A DNA stretch of 64,000 nt, taken from contig JADHME010000001.1 in NCBI GenBank assembly GCA_016780245.1, forward strand, positions 12,597 through 76,596, given 5' to 3'. Of this stretch, positions 29,879 through 40,102 are shown one piece after another. Numbering within the stretch: the first letter of the stretch is position 1; each line of letters begins with the position of its first letter. The position numbers and the translations under genes were made by a program. This stretch comes from Flavobacteriaceae bacterium (GTDB lineage Bacteria; Bacteroidota; Bacteroidia; Flavobacteriales; Flavobacteriaceae). The notes beneath the pieces were generated by a model. It worked only from the letters and a program-made list of their open reading frames with translations, did no database searches and had not been told where the DNA came from.

Positions 29879-30098
29879 ATTCCTAAAAAAAGGCTTTATT
29901 CAAGTTTTTACAGGTATTTCGCTTTGCTTTATTGGACCTGTACTAGTTTCTCAAGCATTTAATAATCAAGATCACCCACTTTTTATTGTTGTCCTTGTAA
30001 TTGGTGTTGTTCTTCTTGTTTTAGCTATTTATTTCGGTTACAGAGGAATAAATAATATATTAAATGGAACTTTAGGGCCAAAGAATAATTTAAATTGA
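29871..30098 (+). CDS. small two-TM membrane protein, function unknown
   Basis: 75 aa with two hydrophobic spans. Start overlaps the murQ stop by 8 nt (co-translated layout). Confidence 0.5.
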   Translation: MNKFLKKGFIQVFTGISLCFIGPVLVSQAFNNQDHPLFIVVLVIGVVLLVLAIYFGYRGINNILNGTLGPKNNLN

Positions 30099-30100
30099 AT

Positions 30101-30108
30101 TATTTTTG
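30101..30108 (+). promoter_or_regulatory. -7 box TATTTTTG upstream of thrS
   Basis: Exact TAnnTTTG match 17 nt upstream of the thrS ATG. Confidence 0.35.
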
Positions 30109-30125
30109 AAAGTTGATACTATACT

Positions 30126-32075
30126 ATGATTAATGTTAGTTTTCCAGATAAATCAGTAAAAAAGTTTGAAAAAGGAACTAAAGTTATTGATGTAGCTAAA
30201 AGCATAAGTGAAGGATTAGCTAGAAAAGTTATATCTGCATCATATAATGATGAAATAGTTGAAACAGAATCACCAATTATCGAGAATGGTTCAATCAAAT
30301 TTTTCACATGGGATGATAATGAGGGCAAACAAGCCTTTTGGCATTCGTCTGCACATATTCTGGCTCAAACAATTAAATCTTTTTATCCTAAGTCTAAGCT
30401 TACTATAGGCCCATCGATTGAAAATGGATTCTATTATGATGTTGATTTTGGCGACGATGTTTTTTCTGAAAACGATTTTGGAAGAATTGAATCAAAATTT
30501 TTAGAGCTAGCAAGAGAAGATCATAGTTTCATCATGAAATCTGTATCAAAAAAAGATGCGTTAGATTTTTATAAGTTAGAGAATAATGAATATAAAGTTG
30601 AATTAATTGAGAGTCTTGAAGATGGATCAATAACATTTTGTGATCATTCTAATTTCTCAGATTTATGTAGAGGGGGACACATTCCTTCAACTGGAATAGT
30701 TAAAGCAGTTAAACTTCTTAATGTTGCTGGAGCATACTGGAGAGGGGATGAAAAAAATAATCAATTGACAAGAGTTTATGGAATTTCTTTTCCAAAACAA
30801 AAGCTTCTAACTGAATATCTTGAACTTGTTGAGAAAGCTAAAGAAAGAGATCATAGAAAACTAGGTAAGGAACTGGAACTATTCACTTTTTCAAAAAAAG
30901 TTGGTCAGGGTTTACCTCTTTGGCTTCCTAAAGGTACAGAGTTGAGAGATAGGCTTCAAAGCTTTCTCGAAGACGCTCAAAGAAGAGCTGGATACCAAAA
31001 AGTAATGTCACCTCATATAGGCTCTAAAGAATTATATATTACTTCAGGGCATTATGAAAAGTATGGTGAAGACAGTTTTCAACCTATACTTACTCCGAAT
31101 GATAGTGAAATATTTATGCTTAGACCAATGAATTGCCCACATCATTGTGAAATATTTAATTCTAAACCACTTAGTTACAGAGATTTACCCTACAGGATGG
31201 CGGAATTTGGAACAGTATACAGATATGAACAGAGCGGAGAATTACATGGATTAAGCAGAGTAAGAGGATTTACTGTTGATGATGCTCATATTTTTTGTAC
31301 AACTGACCAGGTTGATTCAGAATTTAAAAACACTATTGATTTAGTTTTATATGTATTTAAATCTCTAGGGTTCAGTGATTTTTATGCTCAAGTCTCATTA
31401 AGAGATCCGGATAATCCGGAAAAATATATAGGATCAGATGAAAACTGGGAAATTGCTGAACAAGCAATTTTAAATTCAGCAAAAGAAAAGGATTTAAATT
31501 ATAAAGTTGAATATGGAGAAGCTGCTTTTTATGGACCTAAGCTTGATTTTATGGTTAAAGATGCACTTGGCAGAAGTTGGCAACTAGGTACTATTCAGGT
31601 AGATTACAACCTGCCTGAAAGGTTCGACCTCACATATAAAGGAAAAAATAATGAAGATATCAGACCTGTTATGCTTCATAGAGCTCCATTTGGTAGCATG
31701 GAAAGATTTGTTGCAATTCTTTTAGAACATACAGGCGGATTATTTCCATTATGGCTTTCAACAACTCAGGTGGAAATCCTAATTGTAAGTGAGAACTTTA
31801 AAAATTATGGCCAAAAAGTTTTAAATATCTTAGAAAATCACGAAATTCGCGCGCACTTAGATGATAGAAATGAGACTGTTGGAAAAAAAATTAGAGAATC
31901 TGAGATAAATAAGGTTCCTTTTATGATTGTTGTTGGGGAAAATGAAGTAAAAAATGAAACAATCTCTATTAGAAGACATCATGGAGAAGATCTAGGTGAA
32001 ATGAAGATTGAAAAATTTGTAGATATAATTAAGAAAGAGATTTCTGATTGTATCCCAAAATTTAATATTAACTAA
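30126..32075 (+). CDS. thrS: threonine--tRNA ligase
   Basis: TGS domain, SAD (HSSAH), class II core ([32 protein letters not shown]) and anticodon-binding domain. Confidence 0.96.
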   Translation: MINVSFPDKSVKKFEKGTKVIDVAKSISEGLARKVISASYNDEIVETESPIIENGSIKFFTWDDNEGKQAFWHSSAHILAQTIKSFYPKSKLTIGPSIENGFYYDVDFGDDVFSENDFGRIESKFLELAREDHSFIMKSVSKKDALDFYKLENNEYKVELIESLEDGSITFCDHSNFSDLCRGGHIPSTGIVKAVKLLNVAGAYWRGDEKNNQLTRVYGISFPKQKLLTEYLELVEKAKERDHRKLGKELELFTFSKKVGQGLPLWLPKGTELRDRLQSFLEDAQRRAGYQKVMSPHIGSKELYITSGHYEKYGEDSFQPILTPNDSEIFMLRPMNCPHHCEIFNSKPLSYRDLPYRMAEFGTVYRYEQSGELHGLSRVRGFTVDDAHIFCTTDQVDSEFKNTIDLVLYVFKSLGFSDFYAQVSLRDPDNPEKYIGSDENWEIAEQAILNSAKEKDLNYKVEYGEAAFYGPKLDFMVKDALGRSWQLGTIQVDYNLPERFDLTYKGKNNEDIRPVMLHRAPFGSMERFVAILLEHTGGLFPLWLSTTQVEILIVSENFKNYGQKVLNILENHEIRAHLDDRNETVGKKIRESEINKVPFMIVVGENEVKNETISIRRHHGEDLGEMKIEKFVDIIKKEISDCIPKFNIN

Positions 32076-32086
32076 AAATAATTGTT

Positions 32087-32644
32087 ATAGCTATAAGAAG
32101 AAGAAAATCAAATAGGAGATTCCAAAGAGTAATTAAAGAAGATCCTCATAAAATCAACACAAAGATCACGGCATACGAAGTTAGATTAGTTGGTGATAAC
32201 GTAGATGGAGGTATATATTCTACAAGTGAGGCCCTAAGAATCGCTAGAGATTTAGAACTAGATTTAGTAGAAATTTCTCCAAAAGCTTCTCCACCTGTAT
32301 GTAAAATTCTTGAATATAAGAAATTCCTATACGAGCAGAAAAAGAGAGATAAGGTTCTTAAATCAAAAGCAACTAAAATTGTTTTAAAAGAAATAAGATT
32401 CGGACCTCAAACAGATGAACATGATTATCAATTTAAAAAGAAACATGCAGAGAAATTTTTAAATGAAGGTGCAAAATTAAAAGCATTTGTATTTTTTAAA
32501 GGACGATCAATTATTTTTAAGGAACAAGGTCAAATTTTGTTATTAAGATTAGCTCAAGACCTTGAAGAAATAGGAAAAGTCGAACAAATGCCAGAACTAG
32601 AAGGAAAGAGGATGATTATGTATATAACACCAAAAAAGAATTAA
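32087..32644 (+). CDS. infC: translation initiation factor IF-3, non-AUG (ATA or ATT) start
   Basis: Not in the ORF track. Own translation of the frame ending at TAA 32642..32644 gives (M)[85 protein letters not shown]...[11 protein letters not shown]...[13 protein letters not shown]. There is no in-frame ATG at the N-terminus. Candidate starts are ATA 32087 (gives the MAIRRR-type N-terminus) or ATT 32081. Conserved thrS-infC-rpmI-rplT order. Confidence 0.85.
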   Translation: MAIRRRKSNRRFQRVIKEDPHKINTKITAYEVRLVGDNVDGGIYSTSEALRIARDLELDLVEISPKASPPVCKILEYKKFLYEQKKRDKVLKSKATKIVLKEIRFGPQTDEHDYQFKKKHAEKFLNEGAKLKAFVFFKGRSIIFKEQGQILLLRLAQDLEEIGKVEQMPELEGKRMIMYITPKKN

Positions 32645-32656
32645 AAAAGAGGAACT

Positions 32657-32854
32657 ATGCCTAAAATGAAAACAAAATCCAGCGCTAAGAAAAGGTTTAA
32701 AGTAACTGGATCAGGAAAAATTAAAAGGAAACACGCTTTTAAAAACCATATTTTGACAAAAAAGTCAAAAAAAAGAAAACTAAGGCTTACTCATTTTGGC
32801 CTAGTTCATGAAAGTGACGAAAATAATATTAAAAGACAGTTAAGACTAAAATAA
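32657..32854 (+). CDS. rpmI: 50S ribosomal protein L35
   Basis: 65 aa, [27 protein letters not shown] signature. Confidence 0.93.
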   Translation: MPKMKTKSSAKKRFKVTGSGKIKRKHAFKNHILTKKSKKRKLRLTHFGLVHESDENNIKRQLRLK

Positions 32855-32860
32855 TTAGCA

Positions 32861-33205
32861 ATGCCAAGATCAGTAAATTCAGTAGCTTCAAGAGCTAGAA
32901 GAAAAAAAATACTAAAACAAGCCAAAGGATACTTTGGTAGAAGAAAGAATGTTTGGACAGTTGCAAAGAATGCTGTTGAAAAAGCATTATTATACGCTTA
33001 CAGAGACAGAAAGACTAAGAAAAGGAATTTCAAATCTCTATGGATTATGAGAATTAATGCTGCTGCTCATCAACACGGACTAACCTATAGTGAATTTATG
33101 TTTAAACTAAAGACTAATAACATTTCTTTAAATAGAAAAGTTTTAGCTGATTTAGCCATGAATAATCCAAATGCTTTTGAAGCTATAGTTAAATCTCTTA
33201 AATAA
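32861..33205 (+). CDS. rplT: 50S ribosomal protein L20
   Basis: 114 aa. [19 protein letters not shown]...YAYRDRK motif. Confidence 0.95.
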   Translation: MPRSVNSVASRARRKKILKQAKGYFGRRKNVWTVAKNAVEKALLYAYRDRKTKKRNFKSLWIMRINAAAHQHGLTYSEFMFKLKTNNISLNRKVLADLAMNNPNAFEAIVKSLK

Positions 33206-33265
33206 CATTCCCAATTCCTACCTCAACTTTTTGTTTTTTTCAGGGTCTAAAATGAAAAATATAGA

Positions 33266-33811
33266 TTGAAAGAAGGTGCTTTACTTAAATTATTAAAGAA
33301 TCCTGCTTCAAAAGATAAAGGGTTTAAACTTCTTATAGATTTATATCAAGAAAAAATATATTGGATGATTAGAAAAATGGTATTGTCTCACGACTCATCT
33401 AATGATGTATTACAAGAGACTTATATTAGAGTTTTTAAAGGGATAGATAATTTCAAAGAAAAAAGCAAACTAAGTACTTGGATATATAGAATTGCCTATA
33501 ATGAGTCAATTCGTTTTTTAAATAAAGAATCTAAAATGAAAAAAATTGAACTAGATTCTACAGATTATAATTATTCAAAGAAACTATTTGCAGATACATT
33601 TTTTGATGCAGATAATCTATCACTAAAATTTCATCAAATATTATCAGAACTTTCTTTTAGGCAAAGAAATATTTTTAATATGAAATATTTTGATGAACTT
33701 AAATTTGAAGAGATAGCTAAAATAACAGACATAAATATTAATACTGTTAAGTCAGTATACTATTCAGTAGAAAAAAAAATAAAAAAAGAGATAAATGAAT
33801 CATCACTATAA
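33266..33811 (+). CDS. ECF-type RNA polymerase sigma factor (sigma-70 family)
   Basis: Region 2 (YQEKIYWMIRKMV...QETYIRVF...STWIYRIAYNES) and region 4 HTH (FEEIAKITDININTVKS). TTG start as given by the track. Confidence 0.8.
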   Translation: MKEGALLKLLKNPASKDKGFKLLIDLYQEKIYWMIRKMVLSHDSSNDVLQETYIRVFKGIDNFKEKSKLSTWIYRIAYNESIRFLNKESKMKKIELDSTDYNYSKKLFADTFFDADNLSLKFHQILSELSFRQRNIFNMKYFDELKFEEIAKITDININTVKSVYYSVEKKIKKEINESSL

Positions 33812-34124
33812 AAAGTTGGGGCTCAGAATTCCTAACCACTATTTTAAAAGATCTAAAGAAGAAATTTTAGACAAAATTAATCTTAAAGAGGAGCAGTTGA
33901 CTAAAAATTATAACTTCGGCTATTATTATCTATCAATAGCTGCTGTGTTTATTGGAATATTGATTTTTTATACTATTCCATCAAATAATGAAAATTTAAC
34001 AGAATTTGATACAAACTCACCACTAATATCTACATTAATTTCAGGAGAAGAGATTACTGATGAATATATAATTGAGTTTTATTCAGAATCTTTAGTTTTA
34101 AATGAAATTAATTTTGGTAATTAA
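33795..34124 (+). CDS. single-pass membrane protein, positional anti-sigma candidate
   Basis: 109 aa with one TM (YYYLSIAAVFIGILIFYTI). Overlaps the sigma gene 3' end by 17 nt. No recognisable zinc anti-sigma motif, so the call rests on position only. Confidence 0.4.
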   Translation: MNHHYKKLGLRIPNHYFKRSKEEILDKINLKEEQLTKNYNFGYYYLSIAAVFIGILIFYTIPSNNENLTEFDTNSPLISTLISGEEITDEYIIEFYSESLVLNEINFGN

Positions 34125-34155
34125 ACTATTTAGAAATTTTTGTTTCAAAGTGAAT

Positions 34156-34572
34156 ATGAAAAGTTTAAATAATATTTTATTAATATTTTTAGTAACTATT
34201 TTGACTATTAACATATCATATAGTCAAGAAAAGAGAAAGCATTCTCATAAATACTCCCAAGAGTTAATTGAGACCTTATCAAGTTATCAGAAAGAATTAA
34301 TTGAGAAAGAGAGAAAGTATCTTGACAAACAAAGAGATGCTATAAGAAAAACTTTTTCAATAGAGCAGAAAGAGATGGTTGCTGATAGCTCACTAACAAA
34401 TAGTCAAAAAAGAAATAAAATCATTGCATCGTTTTCTTCAGATCAAAAAGAACTTATTGAAAAGTATGATAAGAGGATTGATACAATTAGAAAAAAGTTT
34501 TACAATTCTCTTAGTGAAACTCAGAAATCATTAATAAAGAAAAAAAGAAAGAAGTCAAAGAAGAATGATTAG
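34156..34572 (+). CDS. secreted LTXXQ-repeat (Spy/CpxP-like) protein
   Basis: Signal peptide MKSLNNILLIFLVTILTINISYS. Five (L/F)(S/T)xxQK-type motifs (LSSYQKELI, FSIEQKEMV, LTNSQKRNK, FSSDQKELI, LSETQKSLI) in a Lys/Glu-rich helical protein. The track start at 34102 overlaps the previous ORF, so ATG 34156 is preferred. Confidence 0.55.
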   Translation: MKSLNNILLIFLVTILTINISYSQEKRKHSHKYSQELIETLSSYQKELIEKERKYLDKQRDAIRKTFSIEQKEMVADSSLTNSQKRNKIIASFSSDQKELIEKYDKRIDTIRKKFYNSLSETQKSLIKKKRKKSKKND

Positions 34573-34616
34573 GCTTTTTTAACACAACTTTGGGTTTACG
34601 ATCAACCTTATTGAAA

Positions 34617-34624
34617 TATATTTG
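34617..34624 (+). promoter_or_regulatory. -7 box TATATTTG upstream of the beta-barrel OMP gene
   Basis: Exact TAnnTTTG match 21 nt upstream of ATG 34646. The track's TTG start (34622) lies inside this box, which argues for the ATG start. Confidence 0.35.
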
Positions 34625-34645
34625 CCACGCCAAACAAAAAAAAAT

Positions 34646-37150
34646 ATGAAAAATTTATTCAGATTATTTCTAATCCTATTTAGTGCATCTTTATTTTCAC
34701 AGCAAACTGGAGGTGCAAATAGCCAGCAATATCAAAATTTGCGATTTAATGTTTCCGGCTCTGTAGTTGACTCTGAAACTGATGAAGTCCTTGAGTATGC
34801 AACAATTACCTTAAATAATAAAAGAAATCCTGATAATGTATTCGGAGGTATAACTGGAGAAGATGGTAAATTCTCTGTTGAGGTACCACCAGGTATGTAT
34901 GATATCAGTATTGACTATATTTCATTTGAGTCCTATACAAACAATAACCTATTGGTTAGAGGAAATACTGATTTAGGAACTATTTCTTTAAATCTAGATG
35001 TATCAGTTCTTGAAGAAGTTGAGGTTAGAGCTGAGAGAACACAGGTTGAAGTTAGATTAGACAAGAAAATATACAATGTTGGACAAGACATTACTGTTAG
35101 AGGTGGAAATGTATCTGATGTTTTAGCTAATATACCGTCAATCGATGTTGACTTTGATGGTAATATTTCATTAAGAGGAAATAATAATGTAAGAATTTTA
35201 ATTAATGGGAAGCCATCAGGTCTAGTTGGACTATCAGGGCCACAAGGGCTAAGATCAATTCCCTCTGAATCCATTGAAAAAGTCGAGGTTGTTACATCTC
35301 CGTCTGCTAGATATTCAGCTGAAGGTACTGCTGGAATTTTAAATATTATTTTAAAGAAACAAGATTTACTAGGATTTAACGGTAATGTTAATGGAAGCAT
35401 TGGTTCCCCAAAGAATAGTAGTGGTTCTGGTACATTTAACCTTAGGAATGATAAGTTAAATCTATTCAATACTACTACATATAAGGACTCTGACAATAAC
35501 GGTAACTTTTTCTCGAAAACAGAATACTTTAGAAATAATCTTGAAATCGAAAATTCAAACAAAAGTACTCGAAATGAAAAAAATATTTTTTTAAATCTAG
35601 GTTTAGAATATTATTTTGATGATAAGACTTCACTAACATTAAGTGGGTTTTATAGAAAAGGAGATGAACTTAGTAACTCAAGGAACATTGTAAATGATAT
35701 AACCAATGGTATCATATCTGCTACTAATGAAAGACTTGCCAATGATGAAGAACTTGAAGAGTCGTTTGAATATGCACTTGATTTTTACAAAGATTTTGAT
35801 AAGGATGGTCATACTCTTAGTGCAAGAATATCTTATGAAGAATCTGATGAAAATTCAATTGATAATATAGAAGATTTTTCAACACTTCCTTTTGTATCTG
35901 AATCTGAATTTGAAAGAACAACAAATATAGATTTTCAAAATAGACTTCTTGCCCAAATAGATTACGTTTATCCAATTGATGAAAACACTGAAATAGAATT
36001 TGGATATAGAGGTAGATTCTTAGAGAGGGAAACTGATTATGACGTCTCTTTCCTACAAGGCACCTCATATATATCAGATAGTGGACTATCTAATGTATTT
36101 AACTACACAGAAAATATTAATTCACTATATGGTCAGTTTGGTAAAAAGTTTAACAAATTTTCTGCTTTACTAGGACTAAGATTTGAAGATTCAAAGCAAG
36201 AAATTAATCAAAAAACTACTGGTCAATTTGAAATAAAGAAGTATTCAGACTTATTTCCAACTTTAAATTTAGCTTATGAAATTTCTGATCTAGAGTCAAT
36301 AACACTAGGTTATAGCAAAAGAATTAGAAGGCCAAGAGGATGGGATATTAACCCTTTTCCAAGAAGAAACTCTATTACATCATACAGAAGAGGTAATCCA
36401 TTCTTAGACCCAACATTTTCATCCGCTTATGAAATTGACTATTTAAAGAGATTTAAAAAAATAACAATAAATACATCATTATTCTTTAGACAATCAGATG
36501 GAAATGTAGAGAGAATTCAGCAAGAAACTGGTGAACTTGTTGACCTGATAGTTGATTCAAGTAATGATAACCCTGTATTACAAGTTCCTGTACTCGAGTA
36601 TTATCCAATTAACTTATCAACAAATAAAAGAATTGGATCAGAAGTAAGTATTACATATACTCCATCAAGATCAGTTAGACTAAATGGTAGTTTTACACTT
36701 AATTCTGAAAAGATTAGAGGTAGTTATGAAAATCAAAACTTTGATTCAGATGACACAAATTGGAGCGCTAGATTTAACGGATTTATTAGACTTCCAAAAG
36801 ATTATAGTATTCAATTCTTTGGATTTTTAAGAGGTCCAAGTGAAACTGCTTTTTCTAAAAGAAAGTCTTTTGGATTTACAACAGCAGCAATTCAAAAAAA
36901 TATTCTTGACAGAAAAGGTAACATATCACTTAGATATTCTGATTTATTTAATACTGGTAGATGGAGATCTACTACAACAAGAGAAACTTTTAGGTCAGAA
37001 TCCGAAGGGCAATGGAGAGAGCCTTCACTAATCCTTACATTTTCATATATAATTAGTGAGGATAAGAATAATAGAAGGAAGAGAAGGTCTCAAAGAGATC
37101 AACAGGATTTCAGTGAAGGGGGCGATGATGGACCTATTTTTAACAACTAG
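34646..37150 (+). CDS. outer-membrane beta-barrel protein with CarboxypepD_reg and plug-like domains (TonB-dependent-receptor-like)
   Basis: Signal peptide MKNLFRLFLILFSASLFSQ, N-terminal carboxypeptidase-regulatory-like fold (VSGSVVDSETDEVLEYATITL), plug-like segment (NISLRGNNNVRILINGKP...VEVVTSPSARYSAEG.AGILNIILKK), long alternating beta-strand region, charged C-terminal tail. Confidence 0.8.
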   Translation: MKNLFRLFLILFSASLFSQQTGGANSQQYQNLRFNVSGSVVDSETDEVLEYATITLNNKRNPDNVFGGITGEDGKFSVEVPPGMYDISIDYISFESYTNNNLLVRGNTDLGTISLNLDVSVLEEVEVRAERTQVEVRLDKKIYNVGQDITVRGGNVSDVLANIPSIDVDFDGNISLRGNNNVRILINGKPSGLVGLSGPQGLRSIPSESIEKVEVVTSPSARYSAEGTAGILNIILKKQDLLGFNGNVNGSIGSPKNSSGSGTFNLRNDKLNLFNTTTYKDSDNNGNFFSKTEYFRNNLEIENSNKSTRNEKNIFLNLGLEYYFDDKTSLTLSGFYRKGDELSNSRNIVNDITNGIISATNERLANDEELEESFEYALDFYKDFDKDGHTLSARISYEESDENSIDNIEDFSTLPFVSESEFERTTNIDFQNRLLAQIDYVYPIDENTEIEFGYRGRFLERETDYDVSFLQGTSYISDSGLSNVFNYTENINSLYGQFGKKFNKFSALLGLRFEDSKQEINQKTTGQFEIKKYSDLFPTLNLAYEISDLESITLGYSKRIRRPRGWDINPFPRRNSITSYRRGNPFLDPTFSSAYEIDYLKRFKKITINTSLFFRQSDGNVERIQQETGELVDLIVDSSNDNPVLQVPVLEYYPINLSTNKRIGSEVSITYTPSRSVRLNGSFTLNSEKIRGSYENQNFDSDDTNWSARFNGFIRLPKDYSIQFFGFLRGPSETAFSKRKSFGFTTAAIQKNILDRKGNISLRYSDLFNTGRWRSTTTRETFRSESEGQWREPSLILTFSYIISEDKNNRRKRRSQRDQQDFSEGGDDGPIFNN

Positions 37151-37305
37151 GATTTTAATTTCTTAGATATAAAATCTTTTATCTTTTGGAATACATATGA
37201 TGAAGCCCAATATGGTGCTACAATTGCTAAAAAAATCATGAGCCAAAAGCCCATTGTGAATATTGCTAAAAAAGCTAAAAAACCGAGGTATTGTTGAAAC
37301 TCCAT
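37147..37305 (-). CDS. possible 52-aa small membrane protein
   Basis: Own translation: MEFQQYLGFLAFLAIFTMGFWLMIFLAIVAPYWASSYVFQKIKDFISKKLKS*. Hydrophobic core and basic tail. Its stop overlaps the convergent OMP stop codon. Below the ORF-track cutoff. Confidence 0.3.
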   Translation of the reverse strand: MEFQQYLGFLAFLAIFTMGFWLMIFLAIVAPYWASSYVFQKIKDFISKKLKS

Positions 37306-37312
37306 ATATTTG
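37305..37312 (+). promoter_or_regulatory. -7 box TATATTTG upstream of fumC
   Basis: Exact TAnnTTTG match 47 nt upstream of the fumC ATG. Confidence 0.3.
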
Positions 37313-37359
37313 TAAATGCTAAACAAAAGTAATTTTTTTTAAGTAAATTACAAAGGATC

Positions 37360-38757
37360 ATGGACTACAGAATAGAAAAAGATACACTTGGAGAGGTAAA
37401 AGTTCCTAAGGACAAGCTTTGGGGTGCTCAAACCGAGAGATCAAAAAAAAACTTCAAAATTGGTGACCCATCCTCAATGCCCATTGAGATAATTCACGCT
37501 TATGCTATCGTAAAAAAATCAGCTGCGTCTACTAATCATGAACTGGGAGTATTATCAAAAGAAAAATCTGAACTTATCCAAGCAGTATGTGATGAAATTA
37601 TTTCTAATAAACATAATGAACAATTTCCTTTAGTTATTTGGCAGACAGGTTCTGGAACTCAAACTAATATGAATATAAATGAAGTAATTTCAAACAGAGC
37701 TCATATAATTGAAGGGAAAAAACTTGGAGAATCAGGAAAAACTCTATCACCTAATGATGATGTTAATCTTTCACAATCGTCAAATGATAGTTTTCCTACA
37801 GCAATAAATATTGCTGCTATGAAAATAATTACAGAAAATACATTAGTTAATTTAAAATTATTAAGAGATAGTCTAAATAAAAAGTCAAAGGAGTTTAACA
37901 AAATTGTCAAAATTGGAAGAACTCACCTTATGGACGCTACTCCTATTACCTTAGGCCAAGAGTTCTCAGGTTATGTAGCTCAAATTGATAATGGAATTAA
38001 ATCTATTAAAAATGCAATGGATCATTTATCAGAGTTACCGATTGGAGGAACTGCTGTTGGGACTGAACTAAACACTCCTAAAGGTTATTCAAAAAAAGTT
38101 GTTGAAAGTATTTCAAAAAACTCAGGCCTTAAATTTAAAGAATCCCCTAATAAATTTGAAGGTATTGCATCTCATGATTGTATTGTAGAAATGCATGGTG
38201 CAATCAAGACAGCCGCTACTTCAATATATAAAATATCAAATGATATAAGGCTGATGGGGTCCGGTCCAAGATCTGGATTAGGTGAACTAATATTACCTGC
38301 TAATGAGCCGGGAAGTTCTATAATGCCAGGAAAAGTTAATCCAACACAATGTGAAGCAATCTCAATGGTTTGTGCCCAAATAATAGGTAATGACATGGCT
38401 GTAAGTTTTGCAGGGGCTAATGGTCACTTTGAGTTAAATGTTTTTAAGCCTTTATTCGCATACAATATTATAGAGTCATCAAAAATACTAGGAGATGCAT
38501 GTTTGAGTTTCTCAAAAAACTGTATTGAAGGTCTAAAACCAAATAAAAAGAAAATAGAAAGATTTTTAAACGATTCTCTAATGCTTGTAACTGCTTTAAA
38601 CTCAAAAATTGGATACTACAAAGCAGCAGAAATAGCTAATAAAGCTTATAAAGAGGATATTACGCTTAAAGAAGCATGTATTCAACTAAATTATTTATCA
38701 GAAAAAGAGTTTGATAAATATGTCAATCCTGAAAGAATGACAAACAATGAAGGTTGA
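37360..38757 (+). CDS. fumC: class II fumarate hydratase
   Basis: Fumarate lyase signature [15 protein letters not shown], 465 aa. Confidence 0.95.
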   Translation: MDYRIEKDTLGEVKVPKDKLWGAQTERSKKNFKIGDPSSMPIEIIHAYAIVKKSAASTNHELGVLSKEKSELIQAVCDEIISNKHNEQFPLVIWQTGSGTQTNMNINEVISNRAHIIEGKKLGESGKTLSPNDDVNLSQSSNDSFPTAINIAAMKIITENTLVNLKLLRDSLNKKSKEFNKIVKIGRTHLMDATPITLGQEFSGYVAQIDNGIKSIKNAMDHLSELPIGGTAVGTELNTPKGYSKKVVESISKNSGLKFKESPNKFEGIASHDCIVEMHGAIKTAATSIYKISNDIRLMGSGPRSGLGELILPANEPGSSIMPGKVNPTQCEAISMVCAQIIGNDMAVSFAGANGHFELNVFKPLFAYNIIESSKILGDACLSFSKNCIEGLKPNKKKIERFLNDSLMLVTALNSKIGYYKAAEIANKAYKEDITLKEACIQLNYLSEKEFDKYVNPERMTNNEG

Positions 38758-39220
38758 AATAGTATCTTACTCAGATAAATATTCTAAATACTTCTATGAT
38801 CTAAATCACGATTGGTTATGTGAATTTTTTTATGTTGAGGAATACGATGAAAAGGTACTAAAAAACTGTAAAGAAGAAATAATCGATAAGGGTGGATACA
38901 TTTTTTTTGCTCTTTATGATACTGAAGTCGTTGGTACTATGGCTCTAATTCACAGTGAAAAAAATATATATGAATTAAATAAAATGGCTGTAAAAAAAGA
39001 TTTAAGAGGAAATGGAATAGGTCATCAATTATTACAATTTATAATTGATTATTCTGTAAATAATAATTTTGAATCAGTAATACTTTACTCCAACACAGTT
39101 TTAAAAAATTCAATTCACCTTTATAATAAATTTGGATTTAAAGAAATAGATAATCCAGATGCACCCTACAAAAGGAGTGATATAAAGATGGAATTAAAAT
39201 TATCTAACCTTAGAAAATAA
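38747..39220 (+). CDS. GNAT family N-acetyltransferase
   Basis: 157 aa, motif [12 protein letters not shown]. Overlaps fumC by 11 nt. Confidence 0.75.
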   Translation: MKVEIVSYSDKYSKYFYDLNHDWLCEFFYVEEYDEKVLKNCKEEIIDKGGYIFFALYDTEVVGTMALIHSEKNIYELNKMAVKKDLRGNGIGHQLLQFIIDYSVNNNFESVILYSNTVLKNSIHLYNKFGFKEIDNPDAPYKRSDIKMELKLSNLRK

Positions 39221-40102
39221 TTTTTCTTTCCAGTTTGTCCATGAATACTTCCTTGCAAATAAAGCAAGAAGAATAGGGAAAACAATAAAAGGAGTAATCC
39301 AATCAGTAATACCAAGACTTGGCTCAGAGATATCAATTAAAATTGATTCTGTTTGAAATACAGTCCAATCTGCTGTTATAAGTAATGCGGCTATAAGATT
39401 ATTAGCAGCATGAAAACCTAAAGCAAGTTCAAGACCATCATCCATAAGTGTCATAATTCCTAAAACGAAACCAACTGTTATGTATAGAATTACAAATTCG
39501 TATCCAAGTGCTGTAATCTCAGGATTAGCTAGATGTAAAGATCCAAAAACAGTAGATGTCAAGAAAAGTGCCATAAATCTACTATTCAACCAATGACCAA
39601 AACCTTGCATTAAATAACCTCGAAAAACAATCTCCTCAACACTAGTTTGAATGGGTATAAACAAAATTGCTATTACTGCTAAGATTAAAAATTCTTTAAC
39701 TTTAAAATTGAAAACGTAGTTTTCAGGATTAAGAGAATACTCTAAAAAAACAAAGGCAGAAACAACTGTACCCCATAGCATAAAAGAATACAAAACCCTT
39801 TCTAAATCAATTTTTTTTCTACTAGATAGAATTGACATAATAGGCAAGTCATGTAGTTTTTTTACAACTAGCCATATGCCTGGTAAAACAAATGCAAAGC
39901 TTAAGAGTAGTAAAAATAGTCTAAGATTTGATGGAATTGTTTTAAAAATATCCATAAGGTCAGCATCTGGGCTAGGTAACTCTGAAGGTAAAAAAGGTAT
40001 CATAGGTAGTTGCCCTATGGTAGAGAATAGTATCAGTATAAATGATCCTAATATATAATACCAAAAATTTTTTAGTTTATATGATTTATCCCAAAGAAAC
40101 AT
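39200..40102 (-). CDS. CPBP family (CAAX prenyl protease-related) intramembrane metalloprotease
   Basis: Polytopic, with the CPBP motifs EEIVFRGY, FGSLHL and HAANN. Its start codon overlaps the stop of the upstream PAS-UbiA gene (TAATG). Confidence 0.8.
   Translation of the reverse strand: MFLWDKSYKLKNFWYYILGSFILILFSTIGQLPMIPFLPSELPSPDADLMDIFKTIPSNLRLFLLLLSFAFVLPGIWLVVKKLHDLPIMSILSSRKKIDLERVLYSFMLWGTVVSAFVFLEYSLNPENYVFNFKVKEFLILAVIAILFIPIQTSVEEIVFRGYLMQGFGHWLNSRFMALFLTSTVFGSLHLANPEITALGYEFVILYITVGFVLGIMTLMDDGLELALGFHAANNLIAALLITADWTVFQTESILIDISEPSLGITDWITPFIVFPILLALFARKYSWTNWKEKLFSKVR

Noticed and set aside
20442-39220. Four GNAT acetyltransferases (20442..20921, 25034..25537, 38747..39220, plus the RimJ-like one) as a coordinated system.
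   Set aside because: They are scattered, differ in sequence, and each is wedged into an unrelated operon. GNATs are abundant housekeeping or accessory enzymes. Nothing links them functionally.
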